Origin: Calcarisporiella thermophila CBS 279.70
Lineage: Eukaryota; Fungi; Calcarisporiellomycota
Direction: 5' to 3'
DNA length: 64,000 nucleotides
Assembly: GCF_041956535.1 (NCBI RefSeq)
Contig: NW_027192200.1
Coordinates: forward strand, 632,024-696,023
Under the pieces are notes generated by a model. The model worked only from the letters and a program-made list of their open reading frames with translations. It was not told where the DNA came from and searched no databases. Shown piece after piece: positions 1-11,623 of the stretch. Each line of letters starts with the position of its first letter. Within the stretch, counting starts at the first letter, position 1. Position numbers and translations under genes: made by a program.

Positions 1-1249
1 GTGTATACATATATAAATACAGTGAAGTTAGCAAGCATTGAATTCGAAAGAAAAAAAAGGAAATTACTTGTAGGGGAAAGACCACGTATAAATGCTCTAG
101 CACCCTCTTGATGATATATCGATCGAATGGTATCTACAATATATAGCGCCCCACGAGGGGTATCTTTGGCGTGTTGGACCTAAATATTAAAAATCAGGCT
201 TAATTGTCATATGTGATGAATTTTTTTATGAAAGAATTACCCGTGATTTCACAACATCAAGTGGATAGCAACACAACCAATAACTTATTCCCCCACATGC
301 ACCAGCAATCATTAAACGAGATGGTTCTAACTGCGAAGGATCTTCTCCTGGAGGTGTGAGTTTTCGTTTCATAAACTCGAATCCAGTATAAAACCCAGCA
401 TATCTAAAGGGATAAATTGATTAGTTTACTCTACACAATATAATATTACTATTGATTGACTTGGAAAAAAGAAAATTACGCTGGAGTTTCGCGTGCAACT
501 GTAGCCCAAAATCCACGAAACAAACCTCTTCGTATACCTGCTTCAGCTATTAATTTTTTGGCGCAATCAATTGGACCGCTGTATACTTTCCTTCCTCCGT
601 ATTGGCCTTGCAATTTTACTTTGAGCAATTCAACAGGAGATGCCAAAATACTATTTATCGCACCTATTCAAAAAGTTTTGAATAAATATATTGCGCTCAA
701 CTTCACTATTATGGAGTACCTGCACCCGCACCAGCAATGGCAATTTGCCAAAGCCCGAGTACCTGATTTGGCTGTGCCTGTTGTATAGCTTTTAGCCTCG
801 AATTGGCCGCAAAAAGCAACGCGTTAACAGCACCAATGCCCACCAGTGGACTCGCCATTCCTTTTTTTTTGGAACGAGGTCATTTTAAGTTATCATGCAA
901 AAGAAAGAAATTATCCACCTTTATATAAACCACGCACACCCTCATATTTGAGAGTCTTCATGAAACAATCCAAAGGCCCCTTAAAGTGCCCTCCTTTGCC
1001 TTGAATTTGTAATCGCGTCTTCACAGTATCCAAAGGTTGACCTATTAGGCATTTATAAAACATTAAATTCATTCAAGTCAACTATATCGGGACTGATTAG
1101 CATATCTCATACCAACAATAACCTGTGCCATTCCAGCAAAACTTTATTAAATAATTCAATAGCAAATTAGTTTAATTATAACGACTTAATAAATTATTAT
1201 AATATCCTTACTTGCCGGCAGCAAAATCTTTGACCACTTCGAGGGACAT
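1..1249 (-). CDS. Mitochondrial carrier family (SLC25; Ymc1/carnitine-acylcarnitine/basic amino acid carrier-like), multi-exon, 3' end runs off the window
   Basis: Spliced translation from ATG 1249: [33 protein letters not shown]...[12 protein letters not shown]...[11 protein letters not shown]...[15 protein letters not shown]...[11 protein letters not shown]. Three Px[DE]xxKxR-type carrier signatures; GT-AG introns. Confidence 0.92.
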
Positions 1250-1855
1250 GTTGGTGTAGTGGTCAATCACTAAAATGCGCCTAGTTGTAACTGAAAATAT
1301 TCATAATAGTTAAAATTGCGCAATAAAATGTGGGGATGACAAAATTGTGCAAAATATCACGTCACATATATAAAAGGTATATGATGAAATCCAACAATCG
1401 ATTGACAGAGAGGATATACTGTTTATTCCTATGTTAATTTTTATTGAACTTTCTAGTTATAACGAAAATGGAGTATCAATGCACAATAGATAATGAATGA
1501 TTTAGTAATATATGCATATTTGTTAATAATAAATCTAAGGAGAGTCAAATAGAGTTATTTTAGTTATGGATGAAAAGTTTTGAAATTTCAAGGAAATTCA
1601 ATCAATCTAATTCGATAGAAAAAAATAGTAAAATGGAAAATAATTTTTTTTATAAATTTTTTATTAATTTTTTTATTTTTAAAAATTTTTTCTTATTTTT
1701 CGACTAATCGCATTCCATTTATTCGAATATTTTATACAATGGGCAAAATGATTTTTGAATATTCCTAATCCGCTTATAGCATACGATTTATTGTGCTTTC
1801 AGGAATTCTTAGTAAACTTATTTATAATTTTATTTTACGAAAAAGACCATTCTAT

Positions 1856-2802
1856 TTATTTGATGAGAGCGTTGATACCAGTAGGAACAGTACAAGTACC
1901 TAGATGAGTCCGAATGAGATGTATTTGGCCATTTTCAGGGTCTATCCACGCAGCTTCACGTTGCTCTGTTGTCTTTAAACCAGGCTGAATAGTTTCCCAT
2001 ATCTTCTTCTTAGGGTTGAGCACAGCTTCAGGGGTACCTTCTTATAAAATCATCAAAATAATTGTTGAGTTGAGACTTTACAATAAATTGATTACTTGCA
2101 ATCGATAGTATACCTTCAAAACCCTCAAAGTACACCCGATCCCCAGGTTTAGAACCTTTAGGTGGATCAACTAGCTCAACCTTCCCCTCTGCCGTTGTTG
2201 CAGCTAGCACCATGGCAAATGATTTCACGCCTCGCATGCTTTTACATTGATTTTACAATTTAGCTTTGAGATTGAAAAAATATATATAATTGAAACGTAC
2301 TTAACCGGCTTGAGATTACACACTAAAACCACATCTCTCTTTTGCATCTCATCTAGTGGGATATGATTCACTAATCCACTGACAACCGTGCGTGGCTCTT
2401 CTTCTCCACAGTCGATCTGCTCAACATACAGAGAATCGGCTTGAGCATGTTTTTCAGCTTGAATAATATGACCAACTCGTAAATCGATCATCGAAGGGAC
2501 AATTTTAGCTGCTGCAATAATTGAAAAAAAATTAAATATTATATTAAATAGTCGATCAGAAAATAATGCAAATGCACCTGCTGATTTCTGATCATTTTTG
2601 TTAGCTACTTTGTTCTCGGCCTTTTTTGCTGCTTTCTCAGCCTTTTTGTTGGCTCGTATCGTATTAGAATCCTCTACCTTAACGGTTTCAACATTAACCT
2701 GAGTTTCGGGGACAGGGTTAACCTAGCAACATCAATTAATTTTCTGTACTTGTCTTGTACATTTCTCTATGATTGCCTTACTTCTAGGTTTTGATTCTCC
2801 AT
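1856..2802 (-). CDS. tRNA-binding OB-fold protein (Arc1/AIMP1/EMAP-II C-terminal domain) with Lys/Ala-rich linker; 5' end uncertain
   Basis: [39 protein letters not shown]...[18 protein letters not shown]...[20 protein letters not shown]...[13 protein letters not shown]; stop TAA 1856-1858; upstream exons encode [15 protein letters not shown]...[13 protein letters not shown]. Confidence 0.88.
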
Positions 2803-3351
2803 GTTTCTAGGCTTCTATATTGCGTTTGTTGACAAGTAAAGGTCACTTTAACCCGAGTATTTTAGTTTGTGGCTTAAATGATTCTGAACTGAATCAATAC
2901 TTATAAATTTTATTGTTGGTTCAGTTACATGAATTGTTGCATATGGGTACAAGGCTATGAGAGTCTTGGCGGCCTACTTGACAGGAAACTTACTAAGTGT
3001 TTATAATATATATATTATGTGCGAAAAATAACCCTACAAAGATACTAATTCAAATGCAAAAATATATCCTTTTGTTTATAATATAAGAGTGCTAATCATG
3101 CTTTATGTATTGTGCTAACTAGACTTATCAAGAGAAGATATATTGATTCCTCTTGTCCCCAAGGTCTTGTGGGCACAATTTTCTCGCCGCATTCATAGGA
3201 GAATGATAAATTTATTGACTAGCTAAACTTATTCACAAAGAGAAACATAGTAATAGAGTTAAACCACAACCAAACTTTGGATTTAAATATATATAGTAAA
3301 TTGACGCATGAATGAAATAATTCTGTCATTCTAATGAACAGCACATTTGAT

Positions 3352-3504
3352 TTATTTGGATTGACAACAGGAACACGAGCAGCTTCCCTTAACGCATCTG
3401 TATCAGCAAATCATTATTGGAGATGTGCTAAATTCCAAGAATAGTGTCATTTCTTTGACTTACTGGCAAGCTCCAGAGGTGGTACAAGGGCAGGTATTTT
3501 GCAT
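3352..3504 (-). CDS. Metallothionein, 28 aa, two exons (3504-3464, 3397-3352): MQNTCPCTTSGACQCVKGSCSCSCCQSK
   Basis: ATG at 3504, GTAAGT donor at 3463, GCTGATACAG acceptor ending 3398. The spliced frame gives 8 Cys in CxC/CxCxCC motifs, no aromatic residues, and ends SK-TAA like small fungal Cu-metallothioneins. Not in the ORF track. Confidence 0.85.
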
Positions 3505-3711
3505 GGTGTTTATGTTAAACTTCTTATAGAGTGGTAAAAGAAAGGTTGATGAGAATTGTTTGAAGAATCTCGTGAATTATAACGGGTAGCCTTTTATGCT
3601 CTCAACCTCTGGTCACGTTCAATTTTTTTTTGTAATTCCTGAAGAATTCAAACTGCGTGCACTTATTAATATGTTAATAATTTATATTAGTTTATGATTT
3701 TTAACATCGCC

Positions 3712-5304
3712 ATGTTTTTAGAAGATGTTGAGAGATTAAAAACTTATAGGCAGAATTTCATTAGCACTCTGAGAAATCGTCAGCTTCATCGTGCCTCAAA
3801 AATCAAAGGATTATCGTCGCCTAGAACCATCCAAAAGTACAAATCTATCGACCAAATTTCTAGCTTACTCTCTGAAGAAGCTGTCAGTACAATACTTGAT
3901 GGGATTCTTTTTTCTTTGGCACTGATGACTCTTAATAACGTATGTTAGCAAATACCCAACTACCAGTCTACACGCAACGATTATGAGCAAAATTTTGTCG
4001 ATTCTGGTGCAAGACCTCATAATTTTATTCGCGATACAGATTTACACGATCGATTCGATGAATATCCAAAGCTTAAGGAACTTACTCGACTCAAGAACGA
4101 ACTTGTAGAAGCTCGAGCAACACCTCCTACATATCTCAAAGCCGATCTACGAAATTTTGACTTTAAACGGCTTGGTTGTAAATTTGATGTAATATTAATT
4201 GACCCTCCACTTGAAGAGTAAGTATATATTTCACCTCTATTGTAATGTATCATACGCTAAAATGTATAACCCTGTAGATATTGTCGCCGCTCAGCTACAG
4301 TGGCTGGAAAGGCAAAAGAATATTGGACATTCGACGAAATCATATCTTTTTTTTCCTCTTTTTATATTGGATTTTCTTTGATATATTCAATTAACTACCT
4401 ATTCTTAACAAATTGTTTTTTATTACGGAGCCCTGCGAATAGAAGAAATTGCGGCAAACCCATCCTTTATTTTTATCTGGGTAGCAGATAACGAAGGACT
4501 TGATCGTGGTAGAGAATTATTATTGCGATGGGGTTATAGACGATGTGAGGATATTGTATGGGTGAAAACGAACAGATCATGGGAAGGTAGCCACCTAATG
4601 GAATCCCGCTCCGTACTTCAGCACACCAAAGAGCATTGTCTGATGGGCATCCGTGGAACGGTTAGGCGAAGTACAGATGGACACTTTATCCACTGCAATG
4701 TCGACACTGACGTTATCATATCTGAAGAGCCATATTTTGGCAGTAAGATTTTATTACTTATACCAATTATGAAAAAATTTCTTTATCTCTATCAATAGGC
4801 ACTCGAAAGCCAGAGGAACTATACCATATTATTGAACATTTCTGCCTAGGACGCAGACGTTTAGAATTATTTGGTGAGGTGAGTTAAAAACATATAACCG
4901 TACATTTTGATACGATCTATCTATTACTCCTTTGGTTATTATAATATAGGATTACAATATCCGCCGAGGTTGGTTGACTATCGGAAAAGATATATCCATC
5001 TCTAATTTTGATTCCAAGACGTACTCTTCCTATTTTCTCAATGATGGACATCTACTGGGTTCTACCCAAGGTATGTTACTCGCATTCTATTTATCATTGC
5101 CGCACTAATTTACATATATTAGATATCGAACTTCTGCGACCAAAATCGCCAACTCGAGACCCAAATCAAAAGGCAGGAAGCAAAAAGAAAGCTAACCAGG
5201 CTCTAGTTAGGGGACCACTTCATCCCGGTTTAATTGCATTGCAACCTCCTAATGTATCTGGTCTGAACTCTCCTTTTAAAATGCATATTCCACCTAGATG
5301 GTAG
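3712..5304 (+). CDS. METTL14: m6A methyltransferase complex subunit METTL14/KAR4/MTB (MT-A70 family), 7 exons
   Basis: [20 protein letters not shown]...[11 protein letters not shown]...[10 protein letters not shown]...[13 protein letters not shown]...[24 protein letters not shown]...[15 protein letters not shown]...[33 protein letters not shown]...[23 protein letters not shown]...RRGWLTIG...LRPKSP. Confidence 0.95.
4342..4426 (+). other. U12-type (minor spliceosome) AT-AC intron, 85 nt, phase 0, in METTL14
   Basis: 5' site ATATCTTTT, branch-point TTCTTAAC at 4402-4409, 3' end TAC. Removal joins ...GAC GAA ATC|GGA GCC CTG CGA ATA GAA... and restores the conserved frame. No GT-AG pair was found that does the same. 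Confidence 0.9.
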
Positions 5305-6352
5305 TAAATATTTTTCTATTTATTTCAATACTATGCGTTATCTTTGCATGTAAGGTGCAATACAGTACTTTTAAAATTGAGTGCTTTATAAAAGTAGTAT
5401 GTGCCTTTTAATCCCTGGGCCTGATTAAAGTTTCTAAAAGTATGATTTCTATTTTGATATGACTGATACATGGAATTAGGACGAATTTGTAAGAAAACAG
5501 TAGTAGAATTACGAAAGTTTGCTATGAATTATTTTGTTTTGCGTTATTGACACAATATTCTGAAATGGCATATAGGCTATATAAATAATATTTCGACACA
5601 TACCATCACCGGATATATGGGTATAGTGATACACAGGCGAGGGGAAATTGTCCTTGAATAAGTTCACTTCTTCTCCATGCAAACGAGAAATCGTCTCTTT
5701 TCGTTATTACCCTTATTTTTTTAAGACCTCTTTCATTGCACTAGACCAACTAAATATAACAAATTGGAGAGGTTGGCTCTAAAAGAAGACATTTCATCCA
5801 GGGGGAAAACCCCTTGGACACGATACCGCATCGTCTTTGGCTCCGGTCGTGAAGGGACGTTGCCCTTTTTTTAGACTACTACTTGCGCCCGTTTTAGATC
5901 AGTTTTCCAACGCCAAATTGTGTAATGGAAAGAATGGCTTTTGGGTTTATATAAATAGCCCTAGTTTTTTGTACAGATCCATGGAATTGAACTCTCCTTC
6001 ATTTGCACTTTTCCTATTGACTCTCTTCATAATACTTCACTTTGATTACTCAGCCAAGAGGGCGACAACCCTTCTACTTATAATTTACCGATCTTTATGA
6101 AGTGAATATAGAGTGGCCCGAACTTTAATATTTATTTCAAATTAGTAAATATATGTTTAAATATTAAGAGCAATGAAGAGCATGGTTAAAATGAGACATT
6201 GGGTTCCCCGTTGTCTAGCACTCTGCGTCTACACCTGGCTTCAGTTGATTCACTCGCAAACAGTAGAATAAGAAATAGAAAAGCACGCATGCTAATATGC
6301 ATAAGTATACACTATAACACAGTCTATCAATAAACGAAGCTGGCGCTTGTGG

Positions 6353-9300
6353 CTATACCGCTGCAAAATCGGGGCCCGGCCGGTTTTCGAGAGGCTTCAG
6401 GGTCTTGCGTTTAATGAATTTGTAGAATTCACCAAACGCAATAAAGAAGATGTCAAGGCCAAGGGCCATCCCCCATTCCCAGGAGATACTTAGCATATGG
6501 AAGCCTTTAATGGCCACCTCGGGTACATACAAGAGAACGAGGATAGAGACCACGTCGAAACAGAACGTGCCAATCACCACGCGCGATCGCAGCGTTTTAG
6601 AAATGCCTGCCAAGTCCCACTCCATTTGACGGTAACTCCGGCAGTGGATCATGATAATGAGCAATCCAAACAAAAGGGTGACGAGCAATGAACTACGTGC
6701 GCGGTAGATCGAGTCGCAGGGGCCTTGTTCATAGACAGCGTCGCAGTCGACACCAGCCACTCCGTGACCGACGGCGTAGAGTGGAACAAAGTAGGCAATG
6801 GCGCTGAGGAATGTCATGCCGAATGTATAGACCAGGGTATCAAGCAATATTTCGCGATTGAAGAGGCTTTCAGTGGGGGGCCGTGGTGGCTCCTGCATGA
6901 CAGTCTTAGAGGCGGGTTGGACACTGAGGGCACCGGCGGGCGGGGTGATGGCAATGTATAGGTAAACCATCTGCAGGGTGGACAATGGGGCAATGACCTT
7001 GTTTTCCGGGTCGCGCGCTGCCAGTCCTAGAAGCACCATCGCGGCGATAGTAGCCAAGCAGATCCAGTAGTAGAGAAGAAATCTCTGGATGTTCTGATAA
7101 ATTCGGCGGCCCTCGGCGATGGCCCGTAAGATCGTCGCAAAGTTGTCGTCGCTCAGAATGATATCAGAGGCTTGTTTCGCAACGTCGCTGCCGTTTTTAC
7201 CCATGGCGATGCCCACATCGGCAATACGGAGAGAAGGAGAGTCGTTGACTCCGTCGCCCGTCATGGCAGAAATGTTGTGGCGGCGCGCGGATGCCTGGAT
7301 CATCTTGACTTTGGTTTCGGGCGAGCAGCGCGCAATGACGAGCGGGAGTCGCTCTAGCCTGTCAATGTCCTCGTTCGACATGGCGTCGAATTGCGCCCCA
7401 GTCATAACAAGTCTTCTGATTTGCTCAGCCGACATTGTTCTCTCGTTAAGGATGTTGATCTCCTTGGCGATGGCCACGGCTGTGGTTTCGTGATCCCCCG
7501 TCAACATGTGGACCGAGATGCCGGCACGATGCGCCTCCTCGATGGCCGGGCGGGATTCGGGGCGGGGGGGATCATAGATGCCGGTGAGGCCAAGGAATTC
7601 GAGACCATATTCCATGTCATCCCGAGACAGCTTCTTTAGGTGATCGTGTACCTCGTTCACAGGCAGATCCACCTTGCGACATGCCATGGCCATGACACGC
7701 AGTCCTTTGGAAGCCAGCTTCTCGACCGTATCGAATACATCCAGCTTCGCCTCCTCGTCCAAGTTGGTGCAGAGCGGCAAAATGCGTTCCGTTGCCCCCT
7801 TTGTAAACAGCATTAGCCGGCTGTTCGACCGGTCTAGGTAGAGGGTCGACATGCGCTTGATGGTTGAGTCGAATTGGTACTCAACCAAGAGCTCCCAGCC
7901 CCTCTTTGTCAGCTCGGGTTTTCCCATGTTAAACTTGTGAGCAAACACTTGAAGGGCGACCTCGGTAGGCGCACCATTGGAGATCCAATCGTCTGAACTC
8001 GTACTCGAGGACACTTTATCGTCTTTCTCCTCTGCCATGTCGCTCCCACTACTCGAATCCCTTCGATGAATGCTTGACATGTTACAGAGCGCTGCGCAGA
8101 GAACCATTTGCTCGAGATCGGGTGATATGGCTACCTTATCGACTAACTCGCCGTTGGATGAGTCGACTACCTTGTCCGAGAGATCATGCGTGCGATAGAT
8201 GTCGCCCTCCGGAGCGAGGCCATTCGGGGTCGCGTAGAAGTAGCCCCCTTTGGGGGTCCAGAATCGGGTCACCACCATTTTTGCGAGAGTGAGGGTCCCC
8301 GTTTTGTCGGAGAAGATGTGGGTGACGGAACCGAGCGTTTCCAAGACTTTTAACTTACGGACGATGGCCTTTTGCTTCGTCATCTTCTGACCCCCGACCA
8401 CGAGGGTAACGGTCAGCACGGTGGTCAACCCACCCGGAAGCACGGACAACGCCGCAGATAGGGCGTACATGGTCACGTCATAGCTGGTGCTGAACTTGAC
8501 GGAGGCGAACACGATGAAGAGAAAGAGCAGCGACGCGATGAGCAAGACGATGTACATTTTGTTGAGGCTTTTTTGAATACGTGTGCGGTCATTGTCGCTG
8601 GTCTCGCTGAGTTTAGTCGCAACTTTGCCAATTTCCGTATGCATGCCGGTGGCGGTCACGATCGCTCTGCCGCGGCCCTTGGCAACAATGGAAGAGCTGT
8701 AGACCATATTGACGCGATCTCCAAGAGGCTCGTCTGACATAGGGCAGTATTCAGAGTTAGCACATGCTCTGCTCCCTTACCCTCCTCCCCCCCCCCCCCT
8801 TAACTGCATGTATAATAGGCTTGGCACATACCTTTTTGTTTCAGCGTGATCAATTGTTTCTGGACGGGTATAGATTCGCCCGTCAGCAGTGCCTCGTCAA
8901 GTTCAAGGTTGGAGATGTAGAGGAGTCGCGCGTCTGCAGCCACGGAGTCACCCTCCTTGACTAGAAGGATATCTCCGGGGACGATGTCCCGGCTGGCCAC
9001 GGTCTGCTCTTTGCCATCCCGCACGACGTCGGCCACTGGGGACGATAGATTTCGGAGGGCGGCGAGGGTTTGCTCGGCGGCATATTCCTGAGAGAAAGTG
9101 AGGGCGAGATTGAGGAGGGCGATGAAGATGAGGACGGATCCGGCTGCAAAATCCATGATGACGTAGCAAGCGACACCGATCGCAATGAAGAGCCAATTCA
9201 TGACATCCAGGAGCTGGCGGAGCAACACCTTGACCCAAGTAGGGCCTTCATTTGAGCTCAACTCGTTGGCGCCATATTTAGCTAGGCGAGCGGACACCTC

Positions 9301-9402
9301 AGCCGAGGAGAGCCCCTCGCTAAGCGATGTGTGAAGAGTGGTGGCGACCTCGTCAACTGACAGAGTGTGCCAATCACGGCTGTCCTCTGCATCGCGGGAC
9401 AT
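6353..9402 (-). CDS. ENA1: P-type ATPase, ENA/P2D-like Na+/K+ exporter; one intron 8831-8734
   Basis: DEALLTGES, FSDKTGTLT, FDSTIKRMS, KGATE, YDPPRPES, MLTGDH, ARCSPETKVKMI, AMTGDGVNDSPSL, DDNFATI, EGRRIYQNIQRF. Confidence 0.88.
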
Positions 9403-10889
9403 TTTCTTAAGGGTTTATAAAAGAGGAGAGTTAGGAAAAATAAAAAAAGAAAGGCTGAAGACAAGACCTTTCCCCCGCCCAAATCCATACCTTTATATAT
9501 ATATGACAAAAAAATTCAAAACATCAAAACCCGCAATATGGTTGGATTGCACAGAGTTCCGAAATAGAACACAAAGATACAATAACCGGAAAATGAGGAA
9601 AGGCTAGTCCCCCTGGACAAATCTCCCCTATTAGCCCACTGCTAGATCATCCAAGATTTCCATCTTGGGGAATAAGTCATATTGATAATTTCCAAAGAAA
9701 CTTTGATGAAATGGTCGAACTCAGACACTGCTTCCGCCTCTTTCGAGACTCGAAGCTCGCGAATATCGGCGAGATGCCCGGTCACGCTCGCGAAGGTTGT
9801 CCTTCCACTCATCCAAGTCTCTTCCTTTCCATCTTCTCTTATTTTAGTCTTTTCTCAAACTGCTAATTTAATCTCGGCGCAATACCCAGTCGCAATCTTT
9901 GTTTAGAATGTTCTCAGTGTAAAAAGACTGGGCTTACCATGATGACCGGCGAAGAAAATTTTTGAAATTTTGTTATTAATAGCCCAAATATGGTCATTTT
10001 CCATTGATTTGACTTTTTTGGTTAAGGGGATTCGGAGTAATCCAAGGTTGCGCGATAGTGTCGACATAGGAGAGCAGCTCCTCTCATGGCTATGAAAATT
10101 TAATAGCCGAATAAACATCACTCGCATCTCGCTCCTCTCCGAGATGATTCTCTGCCAAGGCTTATCACAATTCCTTTCCAAAATGCTCATATCTATGTAG
10201 ACCTGGCCGCCCTTCCAATGACCCCTTCCATTCGTACCATCTCCTGCATTTGGTTCATTGTATCACAGAGCCTCAAGCGCTGCCGAATGGCTAACCTTCC
10301 GGAAACCCACTGGTTTTCCGAGTAGCCGAAATGGCTGAAGTCGTTGGAGCAAAGACCCACTACACGAGCTGGCAAGCATGAGCGTGGCTTGGTATTCTAT
10401 GCGGAGGCAAACGCTTTCCTCGGCATGTGGTAAACACGCACAAAGCCCCCTTGATTTCTTTCGCTGAGTCTGGATGGAGAGTGCTTGAAAAAAGGCACCC
10501 GTTCATTCAACTTTATAGATCCCGCCATCTGTCTCAATTCTCAATCCTCGTCCCCGTCGCAACCTCCGCTTGGAATCTGCCTGGGTTTCAACCTGACAAA
10601 AAGAGGCCTCCCCTCCAAAAAAAACCCCCACCTTCAAACCTAAACTTTGAGCAAGCCTCTTGCTCGGCATCGCGATCCGAAAACCTCTCTTCTGTTTTCC
10701 CCGTGGGCAAATCTTTCAATGGAGACACGCTTGTTCGCGTCAGACCCGTTGCAGTCGGAGGGGACGAGCAAGAGGGAGAAAAGGAGGAGGAGGGGGGGGG
10801 ACGAGAAGGAAAAGATAGTGAGGCTGGGCGCAGGGATCATTGACCCGGGAGCTGATATGAGGTTAGGATGGGGCGGTGGTTCGCATTCT

Positions 10890-11623
10890 CTAGACACGAT
10901 CTGGCGGGCAACCGCATACGAGGGTCCTAAAGTTGGGCAGACGGCGAGTGACAGCGGGAGGCGTGCAGGCGCCAATGCTGCAAGCGTTTGGGGGGGGGGG
11001 GGGAGGAGCAGATTGGGGTGGGCCGCATTTCCGGGGAACCTGGGGGATGGGCCAGGGCGAGAGCTCCGAGAGTTTATTGCAACAGTTGGAGGATGGGGCG
11101 CGGCGTGCCTCGATGGCTGCGAGAGGCGGGATATTTTGCGACCCCTGGACAGGCTCCATGATGGATGCCTGTTTCTGCGCTAGTTCGTTGACCATTGGAA
11201 TTGTTAGGAGTCATGGGCAGAGAAAGCGTGGCGCTTCTCGACATTTCCATTGGAAATGGTGCAGCCTGTGGGGACGAAGAATTGACGAGCTTATTCCTGT
11301 CCAATCCAGGCTGCAATTCATTCTCGACAAGAACCGGCGGCGGCGCCATTGGCTTTTCCTTTAAGAAAGCAGGAATAGCAATGGAGAACGGCTCGCCCAC
11401 CTGGCTCTCCCATTCGTGGTCCATTTGTTTGACGAGAGCGCGGAGCTGCTTATTTTCATCGTGCAGTCAGCGAGCAAACAGCTGCCAGTCGAGGAGGCGC
11501 TGGCTCTAGCCCTTTTCGTAAAGTTGGAGGCGTTGCTCCAAGATCCTTGACGTAGTTGGAGCGGCGTTCGCGGTAGGCTCGCTGGTAGATGTGGTTCTTG
11601 AGTGCGCGTCGCTGATCCGAACC
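10890..11623 (-). pseudogene. Disabled YAP/HapX-like bZIP transcription factor
   Basis: Reconstruction: GSDQRRALKNHIYQRAYRERRSNYVKDL / +1 frameshift near 11540 / EQRLQLYEKG*SQRLLDWQLFAR*LHDENKQLRALVKQM. Stops are TAG 11506-11508 and TGA 11467-11469. A downstream Cys/Pro-rich segment (NCC...C...CSIGAC...CGC) lies in another frame. Confidence 0.72.

Noticed and set aside
6497-9255. Many antisense or alternative-frame ORFs overlapping the ENA ATPase
   Set aside because: Shadow ORFs of a GC-rich coding region, with no motifs.
5797-9617. 10-bp inverted match TCCAGGGGGA (5797-5806) / TCCCCCTGGA (9608-9617) flanking the ENA gene, considered as possible TIRs
   Set aside because: Too short and low in complexity, with no target-site duplication seen; expected by chance.
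9680-10380. Moderately GC-rich stretch with short ORFs, considered as a possible gene relic
   Set aside because: No recognisable motif in the frames examined.
10427-11509. Plus-strand ORFs of 100-178 aa
   Set aside because: Antisense to the bZIP pseudogene and driven by poly-G tracts; no domain evidence.
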